Assembly: GCA_963726745.1 (NCBI GenBank)
Contig: CAVSDR010000004.1
Span: forward strand, 1 to 64,000
Direction: 5' to 3'
Length of the DNA: 64,000 bases
DNA from: an uncultured Verrucomicrobiae bacterium
GTDB lineage: Bacteria > Verrucomicrobiota > Verrucomicrobiia > Chthoniobacterales > UBA10450
The translations under genes and the position numbers were made by a program. Each line of letters starts with the position of its first letter. The first letter of the stretch is position 1. Below are positions 1 through 10,344 of this stretch, one piece after another. The notes under the pieces were generated by a model. It made no database searches and was not told the origin of the DNA. It saw only the letters and a list, made by a program, of their open reading frames with translations.

Positions 1-2929
1 CCTCCTTTCGATTGGCCTAACCACTGCCCACACCCAGACGGTCACCAATCCCAGTTTCGAAGCCGACGCCGTGCCGCCGGGCAATGGCGAAGGCACCCCG
101 AGCGGCTGGAGCAGCACCAGCGCGGGGATCAACGACTCCGCCGGTCCTTACGCTGAGAACGGGGCCATTCCTGACGGCGAAAAAGTAGCCTTCATCTTCG
201 GCGTCGGATCGCTCCGCCAGACCGTGGGTGGCTTCGTCGTGGGGCGGCAATATCGGCTGCGCTATTTCGAGAACGCGCGCACTGGCCCCGCGCAAGGCCT
301 GGAAGTTCGCGTGGGTGGCAACTTGCTCGACAGTCACACGGTCGCGGCGGTGGGCGGGACGAATCCCTACACGCTTCGCTTCACCAATGCCTTTACCGCG
401 TCCGCCACGAGCCTCGAGATTGCTTTCAATACCACAGCATTTAACGCCATTTTGCTGCTCGACGGCGTGGCGGTCGAGCTGATCACGGTCGAGGGCTCCA
501 GCACCTTTCGACCGCTGCCCGACCTGCCGTTCGGACGCACGGAGCATACGAGCACCCTGCTGCCGAACGGGACGGTCCTGGTGGCTGGTGGCAATCCCGA
601 GCAGGTCGCCGGGCAGGGACTTTGGACCAATGATTGCCGCCTTTACAATCCGGCGACCAACTCGTGGAGCGCGACGGATTCGATGAAATACGGCCGCCGG
701 GGCCACACCGCCACGGTCCTGGAAGGACCCCAGGATTTCAGACCGTTCTCCGACCCGGGCGCGGTCATCACGAAGAAGGTCATGGTCGTGGGAGGAAAAG
801 GGGACGTGCCTGCCGGCTCAATCTACTTGAAGCGCACCGAGGTCTACGAAACGGCAACCGGGAAATGGGATGCGCAGCCCTGTTCCACCTCGCCCGCGGC
901 GCGGGATTCGGTCTACCAGCATTTCGGGCACACGGCCACGGCAATTCTGGAGCCGGATCTATTTGGAGGACCTGCCGTGGCCTACAGACTTTTGGTCTGG
1001 GGAGGCTATTACGATCAAAGCAGTAACAATCTCCGGCAGGGAGAGACTTATTCCCTGAACAACAACAGTTGGCGGGCGACCGACATTCAGGTGAATCCGC
1101 AGAACCCCTATCCGCCCGAACGAACCGCAGCGACGCCTCTTTCGAATCAGCGTGTGCTTTTCATGGGGGGAACAACCAATGGAGGCTCCACCCCGGTCAC
1201 GACCTCCTACATCTACAACGCCGCCAGCGGTGTGACCTCGAACCGTTGGACACTCACCGGCCCGCTCGCCGAAGCGCGGCTGGGACATACCGCCACGACC
1301 CTGCTCAATGGCGATGTCCTGATCGTGGGCGGCTCCGGCTCCGCCGGCACCTTGCTCGGCACGGCGGAACGCTACAGCGACGGCCCGCAAACCTGGGCCT
1401 CCACTGGCATCCCCGGCTTCGGCTGGACGGCGCAATATTTCCCCGATGCAGGCAATGGCACCCATCTCGTCGGCAATCCGATGGATACGCGCACGGATTT
1501 GACCATCGACTTCAACACCGGCTCCGGCTGGCCCGTCAACGCGGGTCCCCTCCCGAGCCAGCAAAACTTCAGCGTCCGCTGGACCGGCCAGCTCACCGCC
1601 CCGGTCTCCGGCACCTATACGTTTTACACAACGTCGGACGACGGCGTGCGGCTCCGGGTGAACAACCAATTACTGGTCGATAACTGGACCGACCATGCGC
1701 CGATCGAGAACAGCGGCACGATCGCTCTGACCGCCGGGCAGGTCGTTCCGGTGGTGCTGGAGTACTACCAGGCTGCAGCCGGCGGCGTCATTAAGCTGGA
1801 ATACTCCTCCGCTGCCGGGGTTGGGCGACAGGTCGTTCCCGCCGCCCAGCTGCGCACGCATTTTATTCCGCGTCAGAATCACACGGCCACGCTGCTCGCC
1901 GCCGGCAAGGTGCTGGTGATCGGCGGACGAGATGGTAGCGGAGCGCCTCTGGCCAGCGCCCAACTTTACGACCCCGCGACCGGCTTCTGGACCAACACGA
2001 GCTCGCTGAACACGGCGCGCTACGGCCATACCGCTACCCTCCTGGCTGACGGCCGGGTGCTTGTCGTTGGCGGTCGCACGTCGGATTCGGCGGAGCCCCT
2101 CCGCAGCGCAGAGATCTACGGCGCCCAGAACGCGGACATCGTCATTGAACGTCCCGTCAATGCGGCCATCGCCAATGGCGCAACGCATGATCTCGGCTTC
2201 ACCGCCGACACCATTTCGGGCAGCTTCCTTATCCGCAACCCCGGCCCGAAGCCGCTGGGCGCACTGAGCGTGAGCGTCAGCGGCGCGAATGCAGCCGACT
2301 TCGTTATCCTCCAACAGCCAGCCAGCGAAGCAGCCCCCGGTAGCGGCACGCAATTTGTCGTGCGCTTTGCCTCCGCCGGCTTGGGACCGAAGACCGCCAC
2401 GATCTCGATCGCAAACAACAGCGATCCTTCGCTCCTGAAATCGCCCTATAACATCACCCTAACCGCCCATCGCCTTTCGGACACGACCGACAGCGACGGC
2501 GACGGCATCAGCGATGCGCAGGAATGGCGCATGCGCTCGTTAGGCTTCAACTGGCAGGTGCGGCAACCTGGACTGGCGGCAAACTACTTCGCCACTGCGG
2601 GAGCTAACGGCCTTTACAATCAAACCCAATACAATGCCAACTACACGGCGGGCCAGAACGCCGTGATTAACTCACCGAACAGCTACAACCTTTATACGTT
2701 AAATCAGGTCCAGCTTCTCAATGTCGACCGGCCCTTATTGGTGCGAGACGCCAACGGCAAGTTCAAGCTCACCATGGGCGTGAAGAAAGCGAACGCGGCG
2801 AACCAGCCTTACACCGACTTCCCAATGAATCAGGCCGGTATGACCACGGTGATCAATGCCCAGGGCAAACTGGAGTTTGTTTTCCCCTCGACAAACAACG
2901 CCGCCTTCTTCCGGGTGGAGGCGCAATAG
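1..2929 (+). CDS. Secreted kelch-repeat beta-propeller protein with inserted PA14 domain, Ig-like domain and C-terminal FFRVE tail (5' partial)
   Basis: The frame is open from base 2 (LLSIGLTTAHTQTVTNPSFEAD...). It has repeated R-x-[GH]-HTATLL-x-G-x-VLV-x-GG kelch motifs, a PA14 motif (FSVRWTGQL...YTFYTTSDDGVRL) and the ending NNAAFFRVEAQ. Confidence 0.85.
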   Translation, partial: LLSIGLTTAHTQTVTNPSFEADAVPPGNGEGTPSGWSSTSAGINDSAGPYAENGAIPDGEKVAFIFGVGSLRQTVGGFVVGRQYRLRYFENARTGPAQGLEVRVGGNLLDSHTVAAVGGTNPYTLRFTNAFTASATSLEIAFNTTAFNAILLLDGVAVELITVEGSSTFRPLPDLPFGRTEHTSTLLPNGTVLVAGGNPEQVAGQGLWTNDCRLYNPATNSWSATDSMKYGRRGHTATVLEGPQDFRPFSDPGAVITKKVMVVGGKGDVPAGSIYLKRTEVYETATGKWDAQPCSTSPAARDSVYQHFGHTATAILEPDLFGGPAVAYRLLVWGGYYDQSSNNLRQGETYSLNNNSWRATDIQVNPQNPYPPERTAATPLSNQRVLFMGGTTNGGSTPVTTSYIYNAASGVTSNRWTLTGPLAEARLGHTATTLLNGDVLIVGGSGSAGTLLGTAERYSDGPQTWASTGIPGFGWTAQYFPDAGNGTHLVGNPMDTRTDLTIDFNTGSGWPVNAGPLPSQQNFSVRWTGQLTAPVSGTYTFYTTSDDGVRLRVNNQLLVDNWTDHAPIENSGTIALTAGQVVPVVLEYYQAAAGGVIKLEYSSAAGVGRQVVPAAQLRTHFIPRQNHTATLLAAGKVLVIGGRDGSGAPLASAQLYDPATGFWTNTSSLNTARYGHTATLLADGRVLVVGGRTSDSAEPLRSAEIYGAQNADIVIERPVNAAIANGATHDLGFTADTISGSFLIRNPGPKPLGALSVSVSGANAADFVILQQPASEAAPGSGTQFVVRFASAGLGPKTATISIANNSDPSLLKSPYNITLTAHRLSDTTDSDGDGISDAQEWRMRSLGFNWQVRQPGLAANYFATAGANGLYNQTQYNANYTAGQNAVINSPNSYNLYTLNQVQLLNVDRPLLVRDANGKFKLTMGVKKANAANQPYTDFPMNQAGMTTVINAQGKLEFVFPSTNNAAFFRVEAQ

Positions 2930-3078
2930 CGACCCCTAGGACTCGAATCATTCGCGGAGCAAATGCCGCTAAAAGCGGGGAGATCGAATGAGAGACCACG
3001 AAGCCAGAAAGGAAGACGTCTCCTTTTCTGGCTTTCTGGTTTCCAAATTCCTCCCTCTTCCGATTCGCCCGTTTCGGT

Positions 3079-3765
3079 TCACTTCGCTGTCCCGGGTGCC
3101 AATCCGCGCACTCTCTCCAGGCTATACTTTGCGAGCGCAAGCGGCTCCCGGTTTTCGGTAGTCTGCAGGTGGTGCAGCAAGCGCTCCCGCCGGACGCGTT
3201 CGGCCGCATCGTCGCCAGCCGACACGATCAGGTTGCGCAGGTCGGCCAGGGTTTCTTCTTCGGTCTCATTTTTCAAAGAAAGCAGTGCCAGCCCAGCCAT
3301 TGGGAACCGGTCAAAAGCTTCCAGCAAATAATCGCGCAAGGCCGGGCTCTGCCGCAGGTGGAAGCGGATGTTCTGCTCCACCCCGCGGATCGGATATTGC
3401 GGAAAGGTCGCCGAGTGAATGATCGCCGAGGCCAGGTTATCGAGGAGTAACTCCGCCATCGCTTTCACCTCATCGAGCGTGGCCTGCTCCCCGTCGCGCC
3501 ACGCTTTGTTGTCATAGAAATACGGACGCAGATAGGGCCGCTCTACCAGGATGCGGAGATGGTCGGAGGTCTCCATCATCGCGCGTTGCACGAGCTGAAT
3601 CTCCGGGCCCTGCTTCGCGCTTTCGAGCAGGCGACGCGTCGTTTCGAGTTGTTCCCGCCCTGCGCGCAGTTGCCGCAGGAAAACGGAGAAGTTCAGCAGG
3701 CTCGTCACCACCAGCAGGAGCGTGCCTGCCACCGCCAATATCGGGATAAGCGTGTCGAAGTTCAC
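3079..3765 (-). CDS. Hypothetical membrane-anchored protein
   Basis: 228 aa ORF with an N-terminal TM helix followed by a coiled coil; no recognised family. Confidence 0.65.
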   Translation of the reverse strand: MNFDTLIPILAVAGTLLLVVTSLLNFSVFLRQLRAGREQLETTRRLLESAKQGPEIQLVQRAMMETSDHLRILVERPYLRPYFYDNKAWRDGEQATLDEVKAMAELLLDNLASAIIHSATFPQYPIRGVEQNIRFHLRQSPALRDYLLEAFDRFPMAGLALLSLKNETEEETLADLRNLIVSAGDDAAERVRRERLLHHLQTTENREPLALAKYSLERVRGLAPGTAK

Positions 3766-3849
3766 GCTTCCTTTTCCCGGACAATCCCAGATCGGTCAAC
3801 CGCCCCGGAGCCGCCCTCGACGCGCGCCGATTCGACGTGGCGAAGGAAC

Positions 3850-5004
3850 CTAGGCGACAGCGGCCGTTTCCGAGGCCACATACCGGGGCAGATCGATCGT
3901 AAACACGCACCCGGAACCGGGAAGATCGCGCGCCTCGAGCGTGCCCTCGTTTAGCTCGACGCTCCGTCGCGAGATCGGCAGCCCAAGACCGAGCCCACTC
4001 TTATTGGCTCCCGTCTGCGTGAAGGGCAGAAAGAGATACTCCAACTCGCCGGCAGGCAGACCGCCGCAGTGATCTTCCACATCGATGTGCACGCGGTCAC
4101 CCACGGCGTAGGCATGCAGGATCACTTCCGTGTGCGGGTGGGTAAACTTGAACCCGTTCTGGAGCAAATTACCCAGCGCCGAGGAAAGCAGATCGCGATC
4201 GGCCTCGACCGCCAGCGCAGGGTCCACGTGCCGCACGGTCAGGACGCACTCATGCAGCCGGGCCTCGAGCGTGGCGGACACGCTTAACTCGCCGATGAAT
4301 TCTGCGAGCGTGAAGACCGTCCGCTGCGGCGGCATTCCTGCGGTGATGCGCACGTCCGAGAGCGATCGGTCGACCAGGTTCCGCAGCCCGATCAGGCTCC
4401 GGTCGAGCACGGCGCCGGTGGCTCCCTGCAAACCGACACTGCCTCCCTTGATCGCCGTGAGCGCGAGCGTCGCCGAGTTCAGCAGATTGCGCACTTCATG
4501 CGCGAAGGCGCCCAGACGCAGGTTCAACGCATCCGAGTGGACGTTCGCGATCACGAAATCTCGCTGCTTGGTAAACTCGGTTACCGCATCCGCGATCGCG
4601 TTATCAAGGCAGCGGTTGAACGTGTGGAACTCATCGGTAGTCACCGGCGCCTGGCGCTCTGCCGCCAGTTCGGTGATCGCCTGGCAGAGATCGCCGTAGT
4701 CGTGCACCACGGAATCGACCGTGAAGCCGTGCAACATCAATTCCCGGCCATGCTTCGTCGCGGTATCCCCCATCTCGGAAAGGTGCGAGAGCGCGCCGCC
4801 CGATGGCCCCGAGATTTGCCGGCTGCGCATCATCGAGTCGGGCCTTTGTTCGACCTCCAGGGTTTCAATCAGTTGATCGAGAAAGAAAGCAATCCCGAAG
4901 ACGAGCTTGGCGTCCCGGGTGTTCGGCGCGGCTCGATCGGCGACTTTGCGCTGACAGCGCGCGATGAGCTCAGCCCGATTCTGCGTGAGGAATTCGTGCA
5001 TCAT
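3850..5004 (-). CDS. Soluble sensor histidine kinase
   Basis: H box (FAHEVRNLL), N box (NLLQNGFKFT), G boxes (DHCGG, GLGLGL, GSGCVFTIDLP); start taken at MMHEFL. Confidence 0.9.
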   Translation of the reverse strand: MMHEFLTQNRAELIARCQRKVADRAAPNTRDAKLVFGIAFFLDQLIETLEVEQRPDSMMRSRQISGPSGGALSHLSEMGDTATKHGRELMLHGFTVDSVVHDYGDLCQAITELAAERQAPVTTDEFHTFNRCLDNAIADAVTEFTKQRDFVIANVHSDALNLRLGAFAHEVRNLLNSATLALTAIKGGSVGLQGATGAVLDRSLIGLRNLVDRSLSDVRITAGMPPQRTVFTLAEFIGELSVSATLEARLHECVLTVRHVDPALAVEADRDLLSSALGNLLQNGFKFTHPHTEVILHAYAVGDRVHIDVEDHCGGLPAGELEYLFLPFTQTGANKSGLGLGLPISRRSVELNEGTLEARDLPGSGCVFTIDLPRYVASETAAVA

Positions 5005-5114
5005 GGGGGAACACCACCTTCGCACATGCCGGCATTATCCCTAGGAGAAATACCGACCGGCGGGCAGGGATTTATTTGATCACGGGTAGCTCCGCGTGGC
5101 TGGCGCCGGGCCGT

Positions 5115-5130
5115 GGTGACGCAGATCACA
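5115..5130. promoter_or_regulatory. CRP/FNR-family-like binding site
   Basis: GGTGA-CGCAGA-TCACA is one mismatch from TGTGA-N6-TCACA and lies in the divergent intergenic region upstream of the DoxX gene. Confidence 0.4.
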
Positions 5131-5207
5131 CCAGGAGCGACGCGATTTTGACGTTGCGATGACGCCCGGGCCTGCTCCATCCTCGAGCGCTCAATCCCAG
5201 GCGCTCC

Positions 5208-5570
5208 ATGGAATTCTTACGCATTGCCCTTCTTCTCGTCGTCGCCTTGGGGATCCTTAACGTCTGGCTCCTCCGCGCCGGCCAGTCGACCGCGTTCCGC
5301 GGCGGCGATGCGCACAGCTTGCGGGAGGAGTTTGCTTCTTACGGTCTGCCGGTCTGGTTCATGGTTTTCATCGGGGCGCTCAAGGTCGGGCTGGCGCTCC
5401 TGCTCCTCGCCGCCATCTGGCTGCCTCATCTCGCCGCGCCGGCGGCGATCGCTTTGGGCGTGCTCATGCTCGGGGCGCTCGCGATGCACTTGCGCGTGCA
5501 CGATCCGCTCAAAAAATCGTTCCCGGCACTCGCGGTCCTGTTCCTTTGCCTAGTGATCGTCCTGCTCTAG
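5208..5570 (+). CDS. DoxX family membrane protein
   Basis: 4 TM helices with EEFASYGLP and MLGALAMHLRVHDP motifs. Confidence 0.85.
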   Translation: MEFLRIALLLVVALGILNVWLLRAGQSTAFRGGDAHSLREEFASYGLPVWFMVFIGALKVGLALLLLAAIWLPHLAAPAAIALGVLMLGALAMHLRVHDPLKKSFPALAVLFLCLVIVLL

Positions 5571-5583
5571 CCGCATCCGCTTT

Positions 5584-5922
5584 TCAGAAAACGGCCAGCG
5601 CCAGGTAGGCGTTTAGCAACAGGTAAAAAATCGCCGGCACTGTCTGCCAAAGCGTGTCCTTGATCCGAATCCGCACGCCTACCGCGACCAACATCATCAA
5701 CGCCAGCCCGCCCGCGGCCGCACGCCCGAGCCACGGATGGTGCCAGCCCAGCACGAGGCCCGCAGCCGCCGCCACCTGCAGCGCCCCGACCAGCCAACGC
5801 TGCGAAGGCAAGCCGTAGCGCTTGAACTCGAGCCGCAAATGCCGCGAGCTAAAACAGCCGAGCCCGTAGAAAAAGAACGAGACCGCGGAAAATGCGATGA
5901 GGACGAACTTCAAGACGCACAC
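5584..5922 (-). CDS. DoxX family membrane protein
   Basis: EFKRYGLP and MMLVAVGVRIRIKD motifs; similar to the convergent neighbour. Confidence 0.8.
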   Translation of the reverse strand: MCVLKFVLIAFSAVSFFFYGLGCFSSRHLRLEFKRYGLPSQRWLVGALQVAAAAGLVLGWHHPWLGRAAAGGLALMMLVAVGVRIRIKDTLWQTVPAIFYLLLNAYLALAVF

Positions 5923-5996
5923 CTTAGGGCCGCTTGAGCTTGTCGGCTAACTTGGCCGTGGCTCGACGGAGTCCGTCGCAACGCGTAAAGACAAAA

Positions 5997-6449
5997 ATGC
6001 CTAACGAGGATGCGCACTACTTCGTGGTCGACGGCCGGCGCTGGCGCAAGACCGATCCGCACATTCCCGAGAATCTGCGCGCCGAGTTGGTGAAAGAATT
6101 GATGGCCGCCCGTCGCGTCCAGGATCGGCCGCGGGTGCAGGACGCAAAGGTGGCGCTCGGCGAGCGCGGAGAAAAGTGGTGGCAAAAGACGTCCGAGGAA
6201 GGAAACCGGAAACGTCTGCGCGCCGCCATCCGCGCTCTCCTGCGCGCGCGACCGGCCGCTTCCTCGATCTGCCCGTCCGATGCGGCGCGCATCGCCGGCG
6301 GTTTGCATTGGCGCGCCCTGCTGCCCCAGGCCCGCGAAGCAGCGCGCGCGGCCGCCCACGCCGAAGAATTGGTCATTACCCAGCGAGGCGAAGAGATCGA
6401 TCCCACGGCCGACTGGCGCGGCCCCGTCCGCCTTCGCCTTCCGCGCTAG
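5997..6449 (+). CDS. DUF3253-like domain protein
   Basis: VVDGRRWRKTDP N-terminus and SICPSDAAR...ITQRG...GPVRLRL C-terminus. Confidence 0.75.
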   Translation: MPNEDAHYFVVDGRRWRKTDPHIPENLRAELVKELMAARRVQDRPRVQDAKVALGERGEKWWQKTSEEGNRKRLRAAIRALLRARPAASSICPSDAARIAGGLHWRALLPQAREAARAAAHAEELVITQRGEEIDPTADWRGPVRLRLPR

Positions 6450-6559
6450 GCGTCTCGGTCGCATCACTCCAGGCTTGGCCTGCGCGCGCCCTGCGTCATG
6501 CTGCGGCGACAAGGCGCGAACGGTAAGCGCCGCCTCACCAATCGCGGAAACCTAGTCCT

Positions 6560-8376
6560 ATGACGAACGACCAGATGCTTCTTTTCGCGCTCCTGGCAGT
6601 CGTCCTTGCACTGCTCCTTTGGGGGCGGTTCCGCTATGACTTGGTGGCCGCAGCGGGATTGATGTGCGGCGTCGTCCTTGGGCTCGTGCCGCAGAAATCA
6701 GCCTTCAGCGGCTTCTCCAATCCGGCGGTCATCATCGTCGCCCTGGTCTTGATCGCTTCGCGCGCGTTCGAAAATTCCGGCGCGCTCGGGTTGCTGGCTA
6801 AATTGGCCGCGAACGAAAAACGCTCCGCCGGCGTGCACATTGCGGTCATCGGCGGAATCGGCGCGGCGCTTTCGGCGGTGATCAATAACGTGGCCGCGCT
6901 CGCCATGCTCATGCCGGTGGACGTGCAGGCCGCGCGCAAGGCTGGGCGAACGCCGGGGTTAACCCTGATGCCGCTGGCTTTTGCCACCATCCTGGGCGGC
7001 ATGGTCACGCTCATCGGCACGCCGCCGAACATCATCGCCTCCGCCGTGCGCGAGCAACGGCTGGGTGCGCCCTATGGCATGTTCGACTTCACGATGGTCG
7101 GCGGCGCGGTCGCGATCGCCGGGGTGATCTTTGTGGCGCTCATCGGCTGGCGCCTGGTGCCGCAACACCAGGACCGCTCGGCTGAGCTCGATCCCTCGTC
7201 CTTTCTCGCCGAGCTGCTCGTGCCCGAGGAATCGAAGCTCGCCGGACGCGTCGGCGTCGAGCTCGATGAAGAAGCGGAGAAAGCCGATGTGCTGCTGGTG
7301 GGCCTGATCCGCGAGGGCAAACGGCATTCCGCGCGCGCCCGGCGCATCCAGGCGGGCGATCGCCTCGTGGTGGAAGGCGCCACCGACGCCATCGCCGCTT
7401 TCATCAAGGCGCTCGATCTGCAAAAACCGAAAGCAGACGAAGAACAGCCAGCAACTTCAAGAATGGAGGAGCTGGAAGAAAAAGAAGACAGCGACTCGAA
7501 GGATGACGACGAGTCCTTCCGCGGCCCGGAGATCATCGAAGCAGTCGTTAGGTCCGATTCCTACCTGGTCGGGCGTTCCGCCATCTCGATGAAAATGCGG
7601 CCGCGCTTCGGCCTTACCCTGCTCGGGATTGCCCGAGCCGGAAAGATGGCGCGCGAAGGCATCAGCGACCGCCGGATCGAGGCGGGCGACGAGCTTTTGA
7701 TTACCGGGCAGCCCGCATCTTCCAAGCGCACCCTCGATCAACTCGGCCTCGTCGCGGTCAATCGCACGAGCGTCGCGCCTTTCCGTCCGGTAAACGCGGC
7801 CATTACCATCGGGCTTTTCGTCGCCGCGATTGCCATCGCCACGCTCGGCTACCTCTCGTTCACCGTCGCCATCGCCATCGCCGTGGTCGCGTATGTCGCC
7901 CTCGGCCTCGTCCCGGCCGGCGAGTTATACCAGCAGGTCGAATGGCCGGTCGTGGTCATGCTCGCCTGTCTTCTCCCACTCGGGACCGCCTTCGAGAAGT
8001 CGGCGGCACCGCCTTGATCGCCAATGGTATCGTCGACCTAACGAAGGGTTACTCCGCGGTGGTCGCGCTCGTCGCGATCATGGGGGTGACGATGATGTTG
8101 TCCGACGTGCTCAATAACGTGGCCACGATGGTCATCACCGGCCCGATCGCGATCGATCTCGGGCAACAGCTCGGGGCCAACCCCGACACCTTCCTCATGG
8201 GCGTCGCCATCGCCGCCTCCTGCGCCTTCCTCACTCCCATCGGCCACAAGAACAACACCCTCATCATGGGCCCCGGCGGCTACCGCTTCTCCGATTATTG
8301 GCGCATGGGCCTGCCGCTGGAGCTGGTCGTCCTCGCCGTCGCCGTGCCGATGCTGCTCTGGGTGTGGGGGCTCTAA
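6560..8376 (+). CDS. SLC13/CitMHS-type permease with TrkA-C domains (frameshift near 8000)
   Basis: INNVAA, TLIGTPPN and FLTPIGHKNN motifs split over ORFs 6560-8017 and 7942-8376. Confidence 0.85.
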
Positions 8377-8450
8377 GCCTCGCGGCCATTGAGACCCAGG
8401 TGGGTTTTCGGCGATCGTGCGATGCCTTGTAGCCGGGCGGATCGCCGTGC

Positions 8451-8819
8451 CTAATCGGCTAACGAGGGAAGAAACTCTTCCCGGACGATCTTGCCATCCT
8501 TTACCGTGTAAACACCGACCTCGGACATCTGGAACCGCTTTTGCGATTCTTTGTCGGTAACGTCGATGTCGTATTGAACCACAAAACGATCATGGGCCAC
8601 GAACGGTTCGCTGACCTTAAAATCGTGCACTTCCATCGCACTGATCCACCAATCCGCTTTCCCGCGAATCGCTTCAATCCCCCGCTTTTCAGGAGAGCCG
8701 TCCCTTCCGTGCGCCTCCACGCTGACGATGTCTGGCGAGTAGAGAGTATCCACCGCTTCGTGCCAGGCCTGCTTGCGGCAGAGTTCCACTACTTTCCGCG
8801 CAACTTCTTCGGTTTTCAT
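8451..8819 (-). CDS. SnoaL/NTF2-like protein
   Basis: MKTEEVARKVVELCR...LYSPDIVSVE...EVGVYTVKDGKIVREEF. Confidence 0.85.
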   Translation of the reverse strand: MKTEEVARKVVELCRKQAWHEAVDTLYSPDIVSVEAHGRDGSPEKRGIEAIRGKADWWISAMEVHDFKVSEPFVAHDRFVVQYDIDVTDKESQKRFQMSEVGVYTVKDGKIVREEFLPSLAD

Positions 8820-9186
8820 TCTATGACTCTTCGCCCGCGCGTCGGGCTGCGCAACGCCGCCTTTCAAAACTTCGCCCGAGCGTTCTTCGCAGGGGCAATA
8901 AGATACAAGGCGAAACCCAACGCATACTGAGAAATTACCTAGGACAGACCTGTGTAGCCCTCGCGAGCCGAATTGAAGGAATAGAAGTCGCCCTGACCCG
9001 CTGCTCGCAAACTTATAGGGGCGCAAGCTCTCCTGATGCCTACCTAACGAAGGGTCCCGCCGATGTGGGCGCGCATCACCATCATCGGACATTTAGCGCT
9101 GGCATCCGGGCCAAAGTGAAGAGACGGAAGCCTGGGATGCGCCGCACCGTTGCGACCGGGCGACCCGGCTTAAGCGATGCACTAGT

Positions 9187-10017
9187 ATGAAAATCGCGCT
9201 TCTCTCCGCCCTCGTTTTGACGCTCCAGCTCGCGAGCGCGCTCGCGCAGGCGGATCTCCCTGCGGTGCAGGAGAGGCTCAAGGAACGCGGCTTTTACTTC
9301 GGGGAAATCGATGGGCGCTGGAGCAGCGAGACCGGGGCCGCGGTCAGCCGCTTTCAGATTCGCAACGGTCTCGCCATCACCGGCCGGCTCGAACCCGAGA
9401 CGCTGAAGGCGCTTGGTTTCGACGAGGGCAAAACACCGACCGGCGCCGACCAACCGGCCCCCAACGTCTGGTCCCGGCTGGTGGAAGAAGACAAGCGCTT
9501 CTTGAGAAGCCTGGCCTCGCAGCCCAACGGAAAGGCCGCTCCGCCGTCCGAGTCTGCTCGGGTTGGTTCCACCCCGGTCAAGCCTACGCCTCCGGTTCCC
9601 GTTGCGGCCACCAGCCTCCCGCGAGCTAACCGAACGCGAAGCCGAGGACGCCCACTTCGACACGCGCGAGCGTCTGCGCGACTGGGTGGCGGCTTTCGTC
9701 CTCGCCGGTCTCGAGCCGACAGTGGAGGCCGAGCTCCAGTTCTCCGCCGGAAACGGCGTCGACTACTTCGGCGAGAAACGGTCGACCGGGAGTCTATCCG
9801 GCGCGATCTCCAGCGCTACCCGCGGCGGCGCTTCTGGCTCGCGGGCGATCCGGAGATCGTGAGCGAAACTGCCGACCGTTGGGTGGTCAACTTTCCGCTG
9901 CGCTTCGAAGTCCGCGGCCGCGGGGGAGAAAAGTCCGGCAAGGTCCTGAAGACTCTCGAGCTGCGCAAAGAGGGCTCCCGCTACGCTATCGTAAGCGTGA
10001 ACGAAAAGGCGTTATAG
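9187..10017 (+). CDS. Secreted peptidoglycan-binding domain protein (probable compensating frameshifts near 9600 and 9785)
   Basis: Signal peptide followed by a PG_binding_1 motif (VQERLKERGFYFGEIDG...FQIRNGLAITG). The middle reads more protein-like in the frame of ORF 9563-9862. Confidence 0.75.
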   Translation: MKIALLSALVLTLQLASALAQADLPAVQERLKERGFYFGEIDGRWSSETGAAVSRFQIRNGLAITGRLEPETLKALGFDEGKTPTGADQPAPNVWSRLVEEDKRFLRSLASQPNGKAAPPSESARVGSTPVKPTPPVPVAATSLPRANRTRSRGRPLRHARASARLGGGFRPRRSRADSGGRAPVLRRKRRRLLRRETVDRESIRRDLQRYPRRRFWLAGDPEIVSETADRWVVNFPLRFEVRGRGGEKSGKVLKTLELRKEGSRYAIVSVNEKAL

Positions 10018-10072
10018 CGCAGCCGACTTGCCGCCAAGGCAAACGAAAACAACTCATCGCTACCGACTCAGC

Positions 10073-10268
10073 ATCTACTCGCGCGTGGAGAGGCCGACTA
10101 AGATCGTTTTCCACTCTTTCCCCTTCTCGCTGGTGGCCCATTCCTGTTTGACTTTGCCTTCCCGGCAGCGGCGTCCAGGTGATGCAATTCTACTCCGGTT
10201 TCCCGCGCCGGGGATTGTAGCCGTCGCCTTCCAGGATCATCGCGCCCGCAAGTATGACAACGGTCATG
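10073..10268 (-). pseudogene. Degraded gene remnant
   Basis: The minus strand gives ITWTPLP / EGKVKQEWATSE / WKTI..GL across frameshifts and stops, resembling the C-terminus of DUF1579-like proteins. Confidence 0.35.
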
Positions 10269-10344
10269 CCCTATTTAAGTTAGCGCGTTGGTTCTGACGA
10301 TTGTGCTACCGGGCGAGCCCGCCGCCTGTTAGGACCTCGCGGTG

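Noticed and set aside
9005..9060. c-di-GMP-I riboswitch suggested by GCAAAC...GCGCAAGC
   Set aside because: The GAAA-tetraloop stem and P1 pairing could not be found.
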